From an uncultured virus (IMG/VR IMGVR_UViG_3300031951_021468) (Duplodnaviria; Heunggongvirae; Uroviricota; Caudoviricetes), in IMG/VR virus record IMGVR_UViG_3300031951_021468: DNA of 64,000 nt. One strand, 5' to 3'. The notes beneath the pieces are model-generated. The model was not told the DNA's origin, did no database searches, and saw only the letters and a list, made by a program, of their open reading frames with translations. The position numbers and the translations under genes are program-made. This document shows positions 48,990 through 58,581 of this stretch, in pieces; positions within the stretch are counted from its first letter, which is position 1, and the number at the start of each line of letters is the position of its first letter.

Positions 48990-49556
48990 ATGGGTGAAAT
49001 TGATATTAGTGGATATAGCATCGGGGAACTTCGCCGCATTGCAAGTGATTGGCATGGCGGTCAAGGTTCTGCATTGTACTCTTTTGCGTCAACAGGTGTG
49101 GCACATTATCCCTGGGAAGGAATGATGGAAGTCGATCAGTGTTTACAGGGGCTTGATCGCGGAATCTACGATCCCGAAGAAATAGATCAGTTAAGAAAAG
49201 AATTGTTAATTTTAAGACGTTATTTTGAACTTGAAGACAACCTGCAGAGCGACGACGAAGAAGATGAAGAAAACATTACAACTAGTGCTGTGGCCAGCGT
49301 CCTTACAAAGATTTCTCAAATCACTGAAGAGCTTGAGGATCGGGGTATGACAGCTGAAGCATCACAAATGCATGAAGTTTTTATTCGAGTTGCCAAGACT
49401 AAAGAAAAAGAAAATATCCCCACTAATCCTGAGCTTTGGGAAAGCTGCAAAAATTGGGCCAAGGACAAATACGACGTCTGGCCATCAGCTTATGCACTCG
49501 GGGCTGCAAGTAAGCGATACAAGGCTAAGGGCGGTAAGTGGAAAAAAGAGGACTAA
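48990..49556 (+). CDS. Putative virion core protein with internal helical tag and basic C-terminal domain
   Basis: EELEDRGMTAEASQMHEVFIRVAK; PTNPELW...WPSAYA...YKAKGGKW. Confidence 0.7.
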   Translation: MGEIDISGYSIGELRRIASDWHGGQGSALYSFASTGVAHYPWEGMMEVDQCLQGLDRGIYDPEEIDQLRKELLILRRYFELEDNLQSDDEEDEENITTSAVASVLTKISQITEELEDRGMTAEASQMHEVFIRVAKTKEKENIPTNPELWESCKNWAKDKYDVWPSAYALGAASKRYKAKGGKWKKED

Positions 49557-49557
49557 T

Positions 49558-50124
49558 ATGCTGAAAAAGATTGCTCAAGTGGCACACGAATTGGACAAAC
49601 TAGGCCTGCACGAAGAAGCTGATATCCTTACTGATGTTTTGAGTCGGATAGCAAATGTCAACACAACTAATCAAAGGTCATCTTCAAAAGAGTTAGAAGA
49701 GCTTGATTTTGAAGAAAACGTGGAAACACTACACTATGAAGCAAGAGCCGAGTTTAATGATGCGGTGGAAAAATACATTGATGACCCTCGGCTTATTGAC
49801 ATTGGTTATTTTGATAAAATTATCAAATTGGAAAAATCTCCACAAAGAGAAGCTCAGGCAAAGTCCAACAAACCACTAAACAAGCCTTTTCGCACCCCAG
49901 ATGGGCCTAAAAAATTCTCTGTCTATGTCAAAGATGGTGATAAGGTTAAAAAAGTTAATTTCGGCGATCCAACGACTGATATTAAAAGAGACAATCCTGA
50001 GCGCCGAAAGAACTTCCGCGCCCGACATAATTGTGATAATCCTGGCCCAAAGACAAAGGCAAGATATTGGTCTTGCCGAATGTGGGAAGCAGGCAAAACA
50101 GTCGGGGACATGACGGGTAAATAA
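49558..50124 (+). CDS. Putative virion core protein with helical tag and basic C-terminal domain
   Basis: Start MLKKIAQVAHELDKLGLHEEAD; LNKPFRTP.GPKKF.VYV...FGDP...FRARHNC...ARYWSC. Confidence 0.75.
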   Translation: MLKKIAQVAHELDKLGLHEEADILTDVLSRIANVNTTNQRSSSKELEELDFEENVETLHYEARAEFNDAVEKYIDDPRLIDIGYFDKIIKLEKSPQREAQAKSNKPLNKPFRTPDGPKKFSVYVKDGDKVKKVNFGDPTTDIKRDNPERRKNFRARHNCDNPGPKTKARYWSCRMWEAGKTVGDMTGK

Positions 50125-50125
50125 A

Positions 50126-51103
50126 ATGAATCAAAATTTGCTTGCAAAAATTCATCAAACTGCGTCTTTGATTGAAGGGCTTGGTTTACATCATGAAGCA
50201 TCATCTCTTCATGATGTGTTTATTCGTGTTGCCAAAGAAAATAAATCACTTTTGGAACACAAAGATGTCATAGAGTCCGAAATGACCTTGGAAGACGCTT
50301 TAAACAATTATGACTCAAATCTTTATCGCGTAGACCCGAAAGGAAATTGGGATTCAAAAGAATGGATCACTATCGGTGAATTTATTGATTCTATGCCTGA
50401 TGAAGCAATGAACGCTCCTGCAGCTATTGACGCTAATCACATTGCATTTGAATTGCCAGATGTCGGATTTCAAATTATCAATTTAGTACCACAATCAGAG
50501 TGGGATCAGGAATCAGACGACGACATTAAAGAAGCTAACGATCATAAATCCTTCCGAAAAGAACTTGAAAGCCTAATTAATTCATTTTCTCTAGAAAACA
50601 ACAGTGATACGCCTGATTTTATATTAGCTGAATATTTAAGTGATTGTCTTGGCGCTTTTGACAAGGCTGCAAAACGACGCACGGAATGGTACGGCGATGA
50701 CGACGACAACGATGATGTCACTTTCGTGTCAGATGAATTAGCAAAAACTGCGCAGGCAGCCGATTGCTATGGCAAACACCACCTTGCGGATGCTATAGAT
50801 TTAATAACCAACAAATATGCCAAAAACCACGGTGGTTTAGACGATTGGTTTAAGAACGAAAAGTGGGTGGATGTACGGCGACCAAAAAAAGATGGTGGCT
50901 ACGAAGAATGCGGCAGAAGTGATAGTAGCAAAGGCAAAAAGCCCGTTTGCACACCCGCTAATAAAGCCAAAAGCCTGTCTGACAAGGAGCGCAAAGAGCG
51001 CATGAAGCAAAAATCGCGAAAGGAACGTGAGCCTGGCGATGGAAAGAAGCCAAAAACCACAACATACACAGATAAAGCTGGGGGCAAATCGAATATCTCA
51101 TGA
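50126..51103 (+). CDS. Putative virion core protein with two helical tags
   Basis: Tags at the N-terminus and before GGLDDWFKNEKWVDV...CGRS...C.P. Confidence 0.7.
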   Translation: MNQNLLAKIHQTASLIEGLGLHHEASSLHDVFIRVAKENKSLLEHKDVIESEMTLEDALNNYDSNLYRVDPKGNWDSKEWITIGEFIDSMPDEAMNAPAAIDANHIAFELPDVGFQIINLVPQSEWDQESDDDIKEANDHKSFRKELESLINSFSLENNSDTPDFILAEYLSDCLGAFDKAAKRRTEWYGDDDDNDDVTFVSDELAKTAQAADCYGKHHLADAIDLITNKYAKNHGGLDDWFKNEKWVDVRRPKKDGGYEECGRSDSSKGKKPVCTPANKAKSLSDKERKERMKQKSRKEREPGDGKKPKTTTYTDKAGGKSNIS

Positions 51104-53667
51104 AGCATAGTTTTAAATTTTCTCGCGTCCTTGGCGCAAACAAAACATCTGACGCAAAGCCTATGAGGCTTGGTCGTGTTATTGTGGCTGGTCTGCAAGA
51201 ATTAATTGACAACTTGCAAGCTCGCGGAACAAAAGCAGATGTGATTGAAAATTTAAAGCATTTACCACAAGACAAGCTGCCCATTTATGTCAACAGATTG
51301 AACCAAGACCCAAGCCTCGATTGGAATACACTTGAACAATCTGTTTTTGTACCCCAGTCCAAAGCAACATCGTGGACTCCGATGGAATTACAACTCGTGG
51401 CTAGATACGATGATTTGTTTCAAAAATGGGCCTTAACTCAATTAAGAAAGTTAAGATTAGAGCCCGATGAAAATGGCGGATACGTTTACAGATTGTTTAC
51501 TAATTTGAATAGTCAAGGTGTGTATGAAAATTTCAACAATCTTTTTGGGGAAATATACGACTGGTATCGTAATCAAAAAATTGAAACACCACGGCTAGAC
51601 ATCACGAGCTATAACCTCTCTCAAGCACTTGAGAAATCAAACGATTGGCATCAGATGATAGCTGGTAAAGGTGAAGGTAAAATTTACACGCCATTAAAAA
51701 GAGACGAAAATGGAGAAATTATTGACGAGCGTGTAGTGTATCAATGGGAAGACGGATGGTTTATGACCATGGTGACAAATAAGAATGACCTAGCTGTAGA
51801 GGGCAATCAAATGTCTCACTGCGTTGGTTCTTATTGTTATCAAGTAGAAAGAGGAGATATTAGAATATTTTCACTCAGAAGCCCAGACAACAAGCCGCAC
51901 GTAACAATAGAAATGGACGGAAAAACCAATACAATCCTACAGATTAAGGGATTTGGTAATAAAACCCCTGATTCAAAAGATCGGGAGCGAATTTCTGAGT
52001 GGTTCGGTGATCTAGGTGACGCAGAATGGTCGAGCCAAAGCCCCTTTGAAGAAGAAATTGATTGGGGTAGTAGCAAGGAAATTGAATCTATTGTGGCAGG
52101 AATATATGATAGCGCTTACGGGGCTCATTACGACGAGGATGTTGTAGATGATGATTATGGAATCCCTTATAAACAAGTTGAAAAAGACATAAGACACAAT
52201 GACATTGAGACAATATACGAAAATGTTTCCGAGGCCTTGACTGATGTGCAATGGGACCCCACAACCCGAAAGCAAGTGCCAACAAACATAAAGTACACAA
52301 ATAACATGGATGTCGTTGCAAAAACCATGATCGAAGTTGCTATGAAATCTGACATTGCAAATATGTCTGCTATGATAGCAAACCCAGATGAAATTCACAA
52401 ACCCTTTGCATTAAACTTTGCTGATTGGGAAAGCAAGAGCAATAAAGAACGTGGGATATATTGGTGGATGAACACTTCAAATGTAAAAACACTTTATGAT
52501 AATTCGATTAAAAGTATTGATGAATATAAAAAAGAATATCGAATTAACACCGCTGAGCTTTATTCAAACCCCGAACATCAACAATATATCACCAGTACAC
52601 TTCCATACGGCTTGGATATGGAAATCCAATCACAGTTGGGCGAGTCTATAGATGACGAATATATGTCTTTGTTTGAAGAATTAACTGGATACCAACAACT
52701 GCCAATACTGCTTGAAATAAAGAAAATCAATTCTGCTGATTACCCCAAATTATTTACGCACGTTGACGATTTAAGCGATCAGGATATGAATGATCCAAAG
52801 TTTGATCAAAAATTCGATGGCACATGGAAATATTCGAAAAGAAAACAATTGCGCCAAGCAAATAAAATCCCGAGGAGCCTTTACAATCAGATTCAATCAA
52901 TGTTGATTTTATCAAGCGCATGTGATAAGAAGGGTATGTATCGCATGGCAGATCAGTTGATGACAAGAGTGACGTCAATGCAACGCACAGCTAACGAATG
53001 GTGGCTAAAAGACGGCGAGGCTGTTTATGCAGACGGTGATGTTGGCGATATTAATCATGAAATGTTGGCCGAAGAGGAAATGCTCAATAGACTTGGCTTT
53101 GACATAGAAAATCATTCTGAGTGGCCAATAACAAGGGAGCATGCGTATGATATTTTCAGAAATAATATTAGGGACTTAGATGATTATAATCAGCATTTAA
53201 CAAGTATTCACAATGGAAATGGAGATGCGATTGAAAACGCCCATGAAGATGCAGACCTGTATGAATACTTGCTTTGGAAAAAACTCAAACAAAACCCTAA
53301 ATTAGACCCCAAAGAAGCGCGTGAACAAATGGATAAAGACTGGGATGGTTTTCGCGATCCCAGAACATACGCCCTTAAAAATTTTGGTTGGCATCGGGTG
53401 CAGGGCAAGCATGTCGAAACATATAACCTGAACAAAGCATCACTTCAAGAAATAGCAAGAGGATTGTATGATGCCTATGGTGATGATGCTGAGAGAATGC
53501 AGTTTTACATTGAGTCTCACAATCCCCGAAAATACATTGGGCCAGTTTCTATTGATGACATAGAAACTGGCAAGGTGCTTAGAGAAAGCATAGGGCCAGA
53601 TTCTTCTGAAGAAGTCAGTGTTCGTCGGAGACCTGCAAATCCATATTACAAATACGAAGGAGGATAA
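51100..53667 (+). CDS. PcfJ-like domain multidomain protein with internal helical tag
   Basis: SNDWH; EGNQMSHCVGSY...IFSLRS...PHVTIE...QIKG..N; paralogous to 31334. Confidence 0.75.
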   Translation: MKHSFKFSRVLGANKTSDAKPMRLGRVIVAGLQELIDNLQARGTKADVIENLKHLPQDKLPIYVNRLNQDPSLDWNTLEQSVFVPQSKATSWTPMELQLVARYDDLFQKWALTQLRKLRLEPDENGGYVYRLFTNLNSQGVYENFNNLFGEIYDWYRNQKIETPRLDITSYNLSQALEKSNDWHQMIAGKGEGKIYTPLKRDENGEIIDERVVYQWEDGWFMTMVTNKNDLAVEGNQMSHCVGSYCYQVERGDIRIFSLRSPDNKPHVTIEMDGKTNTILQIKGFGNKTPDSKDRERISEWFGDLGDAEWSSQSPFEEEIDWGSSKEIESIVAGIYDSAYGAHYDEDVVDDDYGIPYKQVEKDIRHNDIETIYENVSEALTDVQWDPTTRKQVPTNIKYTNNMDVVAKTMIEVAMKSDIANMSAMIANPDEIHKPFALNFADWESKSNKERGIYWWMNTSNVKTLYDNSIKSIDEYKKEYRINTAELYSNPEHQQYITSTLPYGLDMEIQSQLGESIDDEYMSLFEELTGYQQLPILLEIKKINSADYPKLFTHVDDLSDQDMNDPKFDQKFDGTWKYSKRKQLRQANKIPRSLYNQIQSMLILSSACDKKGMYRMADQLMTRVTSMQRTANEWWLKDGEAVYADGDVGDINHEMLAEEEMLNRLGFDIENHSEWPITREHAYDIFRNNIRDLDDYNQHLTSIHNGNGDAIENAHEDADLYEYLLWKKLKQNPKLDPKEAREQMDKDWDGFRDPRTYALKNFGWHRVQGKHVETYNLNKASLQEIARGLYDAYGDDAERMQFYIESHNPRKYIGPVSIDDIETGKVLRESIGPDSSEEVSVRRRPANPYYKYEGG

Positions 53668-53670
53668 CAC

Positions 53671-54777
53671 ATGTGGTATAAAAAGGCACAGTCAGAGCAA
53701 AAGAAAGATACTTACAAAATTAGGTACCAGCGGAATCCTATTAGCGCACCTGATTTTAAAGATACATATGGCCAAGATATTGAGCCACATGGGAAATATG
53801 TAACAAAGATCGAGGAAGGCACTTCTCCTGTTGAGGGCTGGGAGCACGGAGAAATTGAATTTACCAATCCCTTAATCATTCCTTGGGGCCAAGGCGGGTA
53901 TAGTGATAAAGACAATTGGAAGCAAGTACTTCGTGACCGATATAATAAAACTGGCTTAGAGCTTTCAAATGCTCTGATCGCAGATGGCTATGATGGTATT
54001 ATTACAACTGACCCCGATGGCTCAACTATGGAAATTGTTGACCTAAGTGTTTTAAACAATAATTTTGGTAAACGGAAAGCATCTTCTTCGGAGCAAGATG
54101 ATTACGATTTGAATGAACTTAACAGAGACGTTAGATTAGATCAGGCCTTAGAGGCGATGGGCAAAGCCTTTGCCAATGGGGAAGAATTAGACCTGACTCC
54201 TTATGGAATTCATGCAATCAAAGTCAAAACCTGGGACCCACCGCCTCCCCAAGAAGACCCCGTTATCAATCCTCATGAGAAGAGAGAAAATTTCAGAGAA
54301 TTTCACGGTCACCAGCTGGATCATTCTCAGGGTATTGCATTTGCCGCTGAAGAAATGCAACGCTACTTTTTGCAAAGAATCATACCTACTTTCAAAGTGA
54401 TACGAGATGATTATCTTGGCGGAAGTTCATCTGTGGAGCCATTTGCACAAAAAATATCAGAAATAGATGCAGCGATGGAAGATTTACGCGAATCAGCAAT
54501 CATGCAAATGACAAGAAGTAATGATTTCAATCAAATGTGGCAGGCGAAGGCCGAAGCACACGGAAATAAATATATTTTTGACACAAAGCACCCACTCAAC
54601 AAGGAATATAATCAGGCCCTTAATGATATCTTAGATTACGAAAATAAATGGTCTGCGGAAAAAGCCAATGAATTCTGGATGCTTTGGAGAGAACTTCGCC
54701 AGTTTATGTTTGATTTTAAGCCATATATCCCATTTGGACCTTATTGGAAATTATGGGATGAATTAACTCCTGTTTAA
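53671..54777 (+). CDS. MWY-tagged protein, N-terminal domain possibly ART-like
   Basis: MWYKKAQ; YGQDIEP.G.Y...F.NPL...GYDGIIT...EIVDL. Confidence 0.6.
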   Translation: MWYKKAQSEQKKDTYKIRYQRNPISAPDFKDTYGQDIEPHGKYVTKIEEGTSPVEGWEHGEIEFTNPLIIPWGQGGYSDKDNWKQVLRDRYNKTGLELSNALIADGYDGIITTDPDGSTMEIVDLSVLNNNFGKRKASSSEQDDYDLNELNRDVRLDQALEAMGKAFANGEELDLTPYGIHAIKVKTWDPPPPQEDPVINPHEKRENFREFHGHQLDHSQGIAFAAEEMQRYFLQRIIPTFKVIRDDYLGGSSSVEPFAQKISEIDAAMEDLRESAIMQMTRSNDFNQMWQAKAEAHGNKYIFDTKHPLNKEYNQALNDILDYENKWSAEKANEFWMLWRELRQFMFDFKPYIPFGPYWKLWDELTPV

Positions 54778-54792
54778 GTATTTCAAAGAATT

Positions 54793-55680
54793 TTATACTG
54801 AACGGAAAGTTTCATTCTTTTCTGATTCATAAAAAGTGCCACAAGACGCATGAACATCAGGGCCAACTCTTGGAATTATTTGAACTTTTCCTCGCAAAGC
54901 TGAATCAATCATCTGTATATTTCTTGTGATCACTTCATCTGACGATTCTGCTCCTTGAACCTCAGAATATGGATTATAACGCACGAGATTAAACTCAACG
55001 TCTAGATTATGTCTCTCTAGTGCGTATAGCATACTTTCTACATCAGCCTCGCTATCATTCTCACCAGCAATGAAGCAATGATGAATTTTTATTTTTTTCT
55101 TAGAGAAGTCTTGATATTCTTTCAACATGGATAAAGCCTTGTCGATTGGCATCGCTTGCGGTAACCATTTCTTGCGAAAATCTTCTCGAACAGAATAAAG
55201 TGAATAATAAATCGTGGGATGCACCACGCGGAAAACTTGTTTTAACGGACGATCAAGTGATTTGGGCATGATCGTGGATATGTTAAATTTAACTCCAAGA
55301 TCGGGCTGAAATGATGTTGCCAATTTGCCAAGATCATACAAAATTGAATCAGCCTCACTGAGCATGTAAGGATTCGCCATGGCCTCTCCCCGAGCCATGA
55401 AATTATAGTGTATATAATCGGCTTTTTCTCCATCTTGCTGATAGTGTTTAAGAACCTTGCTTGCCTGATTTAAATAATCTACAGGAAGGGTATATGTTGT
55501 TTTCGTTTGCTTGGTCGCCGTGAGGTGACACATACGGCAACCAAGGTTGCACGCAGAAGCCGATGATAGATAACAAATGAAATAATCTCTTGTCTTGCGA
55601 ACATATCGGCTTTCTAGAAAGCCCTGTAAAGACTCTTCAACAAAATTAACAGAGCGGTCAACGTTAGAAATAAGCTTCAT
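54793..55680 (-). CDS. RlmN/Cfr-like radical SAM protein
   Basis: CYLSSASACNLGCRMC (CX3CX2C), FMARGEA, NIST, GENDS, NLVRYNP, ASCG. Confidence 0.8.
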   Translation of the reverse strand: MKLISNVDRSVNFVEESLQGFLESRYVRKTRDYFICYLSSASACNLGCRMCHLTATKQTKTTYTLPVDYLNQASKVLKHYQQDGEKADYIHYNFMARGEAMANPYMLSEADSILYDLGKLATSFQPDLGVKFNISTIMPKSLDRPLKQVFRVVHPTIYYSLYSVREDFRKKWLPQAMPIDKALSMLKEYQDFSKKKIKIHHCFIAGENDSEADVESMLYALERHNLDVEFNLVRYNPYSEVQGAESSDEVITRNIQMIDSALRGKVQIIPRVGPDVHASCGTFYESEKNETFRSV

Positions 55681-56066
55681 TCTGCCTCCTCGATCAAAGC
55701 ATTGACATCTTTTTCAAAATACCAATTTTCTACTGCCATTGAATTCCATATATTTACCGTTCTTAAAACATAGATTGTTTTAACGTCATCTATTCCATTC
55801 ACAACCATTAAATTTGTGTAAATTTTTCTTTCATTTTCAATTTCAACAACTACAAATTTTTCCCCACGAACAACATTGAAATTTTTGACTTCTGTCCATT
55901 GACTACGGGCGGGAAACAAAATGGACATAAATCCAATTGCCGCGCCAAAAACAATGCAACCAATGGCATGATCAATATTCTTATAAATCGGGTGGTAAAT
56001 CTTAAACAGGGCAACAATAAATAACACTGCAGAAATAACAATTGGTATCAACGCTACAAATAACAT
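55677..56066 (-). CDS. Membrane protein (2 TM)
   Basis: Two hydrophobic N-terminal segments. Confidence 0.6.
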   Translation of the reverse strand: MLFVALIPIVISAVLFIVALFKIYHPIYKNIDHAIGCIVFGAAIGFMSILFPARSQWTEVKNFNVVRGEKFVVVEIENERKIYTNLMVVNGIDDVKTIYVLRTVNIWNSMAVENWYFEKDVNALIEEAE

Positions 56067-56107
56067 AACTTTACTTTAATACGGTTTGAATCAAAGTAAA
56101 GTTGCTA

Positions 56108-57205
56108 CTAGGGGCTATTAGCCATCGCCAGATAATAGTTTTTGTATTCGAGGACATCTGTTACATCTTTTGAACAACCATGGAAAACATCTGGTAGTTT
56201 AAATTTATTAGCATCATGTTCACTGTTAAATTCACATTCAATCGTAATTAATCCCTCTGGCCGATCATAAACATCAATTTCTAATTTGTGGTCATCATGC
56301 CACATGTAATGACGAGTTTTTGAAATGTGCGGCATGCTAGGGACAACCAAAAAGTCAAAAACATGTGACGGAATTAATTGTTCCCATTCAGTTCTTTTAA
56401 AGCCCTTGCCACTTTTGGCTGTAATAAAATGTTTATCACCAATCTTTCTTAACCGCAATTCAGTTTGTTCGCGAGGCAGTCTTAAATAGTATTGCTTAAC
56501 TTTTTCGGATGGTAATTCAGCAATAAATGAGGCTGCCTCGGAAGTGACAATCCATTTCCGCTCAATTTCTACGTCCAAGATCGGAGCGAGTAAGTCAATA
56601 ACTCGCTGAAGAACAGCATCAATACCTCCCTCCGCACTAACAAAGTGCCAATTTGGGTGATCTTTCCATGCTTCTATAAGAGCTTTGTCTCTTTGAATGG
56701 CAGTTTCTGCCGTATCGTATCTAGACGGATTAGTGCCTTGAAGCTGATTATACGCATCAGGATTTATGCAGGCAAGTGACTCAATATGGATTACCATGCT
56801 GTACCTATGATGAAGGGCTTCGAGGTTTAGGCCATATTTTTCCACAAGAACCCGCTTGCCCCCGTCCATAAACGCAGCTGGGTCAAGCAGCCCTCTATCA
56901 AAGAAAATAACTGGTTTCTTTTTTGCTTGCGCCGCGTGAAGATGGCCATTTTCCATGTTTAATTGTGTAGGCAAAATAACTTTATTGATATAATCAAGCC
57001 ACGATTCGGAATAATCAATATCTCTTCCTGGTTGAGGATACCCATTGGAAAGCAGCATACTTGCAACTTCGGTCATAAATTCAGCTTTGTGGCTATAATT
57101 TTGCCTAAGAAATTCCATAACTGTTGATTTGCCCGCGAGAGGGCCTCCAGTTAGTGCTATTCTATGCGGGATGTGTTCTATGGATGTATCAAAAAGTTGC
57201 ATCAT
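56108..57205 (-). CDS. AAA_28/NadR-like P-loop ATPase fused to CYTH domain
   Basis: LTGGPLAGKST, FDRGLLD; EIERKW, LRLRK, K.R, LEIDVY, IECEF. Confidence 0.85.
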   Translation of the reverse strand: MMQLFDTSIEHIPHRIALTGGPLAGKSTVMEFLRQNYSHKAEFMTEVASMLLSNGYPQPGRDIDYSESWLDYINKVILPTQLNMENGHLHAAQAKKKPVIFFDRGLLDPAAFMDGGKRVLVEKYGLNLEALHHRYSMVIHIESLACINPDAYNQLQGTNPSRYDTAETAIQRDKALIEAWKDHPNWHFVSAEGGIDAVLQRVIDLLAPILDVEIERKWIVTSEAASFIAELPSEKVKQYYLRLPREQTELRLRKIGDKHFITAKSGKGFKRTEWEQLIPSHVFDFLVVPSMPHISKTRHYMWHDDHKLEIDVYDRPEGLITIECEFNSEHDANKFKLPDVFHGCSKDVTDVLEYKNYYLAMANSP

Positions 57206-57243
57206 GATACTATTAAATTGGTTAATGAAACAAAAGTTATATA

Positions 57244-58042
57244 TTAAATTTCCAATTCAGCAACAGGATGGCTGCACACATAATTTGTGACGCTTTCATG
57301 AAAACCTTGTCTCATTTCCCAAAATGTTCCGCCTGGAGAATATTCTTTAACAAAAAAGCAGAGAAATTCATAAAAGTTTGCATATTCTTTTATATATTGT
57401 TCCCTTGCTTTGTCTACCACCGCCAAAAATAACAAGTGCTCGATTCTTTCTTCATCTGATGGGGCATGAGGCACAAGCTCTTGACTGGATCGGCATGCGG
57501 ACAAAATGAAATTATCGGGGACAATCGTGAATGAAAACATAGTTTCTGAGGGAACCCATTCAGGACTCAAGATTTTAGTCCAATTTTGAAGCCTGGTGTC
57601 CCATTCATCTTGATCAATGTCATCGGGGGGGGTCTGTATTGTTCCAGTATCCATATGGTATGTGCCAAGGCATAGAAGCAAGCAATTCAGAGTAATCGTG
57701 ACAATGTTCAAAAAATGGGATTGCAAGACAATTTGATTCATCCAAAGGAGCTACAGAAATATGGAATGAATAATCAATGCTTGGGTTGCGTGAATTTGTG
57801 GATTCTTGCAAATTTAATTTTTCAACTGTTTGCAAGACAAAATCTGAATACGACGGAGGCGAGCCATCTTTTTGCATGAATAAATGTTCATCAATGCCGT
57901 GAAAAACATTTTTCGCTATGTATTGTTGAGCCTTTTTCTTGGCATATACTAAAGCTTCCGACTTGAAATCTTTTAGCATTGATGTAATTTCTTGTAAAGA
58001 ACTGGCCTTAATTAAAAAGCCATCATAAATTTTAATACTCAT
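57244..58042 (-). pseudogene. Hypothetical protein frameshifted at a C8 tract
   Basis: MSIKIYDG...YWNNTDPP continues as DDIDQDEWDTR if C8 (57625-57632) were C7. Confidence 0.65.
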
Positions 58043-58051
58043 TTTGATTTT

Positions 58052-58126
58052 TGGGGCGTCCGACGGGGATCGAACCCGCGCTTCCTGAGCCACAGTCAGG
58101 TGCTCTGCCATTGAGCTACGGACGCC
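58052..58126 (-). tRNA. tRNA-His(GTG)
   Basis: Clean cloverleaf, CCTGA-CTGTGGC-TCAGG, G-1, encoded CCA. Confidence 0.95.
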
Positions 58127-58250
58127 ATATGAAGTTTTGTGCTGTGATGGTGATCGTCGCTCATTTCGTTAACTCTTATAAGCCACTAATTTGTTCGGGC
58201 TTATATGTAATACGCCTTTTTTATTATAAAAGTTGCAGATTTTTATTTTT

Positions 58251-58547
58251 TTAGCCCAATCCATAAGATATAAGAGAACTGATTGCCTGCCGAGCCTCTT
58301 TGCTTGCGGTGTCATAGAAATCTTGTCTCAAGCCTCGAACTTCCCTGGGATAATGTGCTGGCCATCCTGGCCCCCACCATTCCCGAACTTCGTCTAATTG
58401 TTCAGGCGTCAAATCCTTTGTGAAACGTTCCCAATAATGCAAAATATACTGATGAACTCGCTTATTAAAACCCGAACTTTCAAGAAAATCAAACATTTCT
58501 GATTCAAGCATAGGGCCGACGACGGCAATGGAATAAAGGTCTGACAT
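58251..58547 (-). CDS. Hypothetical protein
   Basis: 98-aa ORF, TGTATAA box upstream. Confidence 0.55.
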   Translation of the reverse strand: MSDLYSIAVVGPMLESEMFDFLESSGFNKRVHQYILHYWERFTKDLTPEQLDEVREWWGPGWPAHYPREVRGLRQDFYDTASKEARQAISSLISYGLG

Positions 58548-58581
58548 GGTTGATTTTTCTTATACAATCAAAAGACAATGA

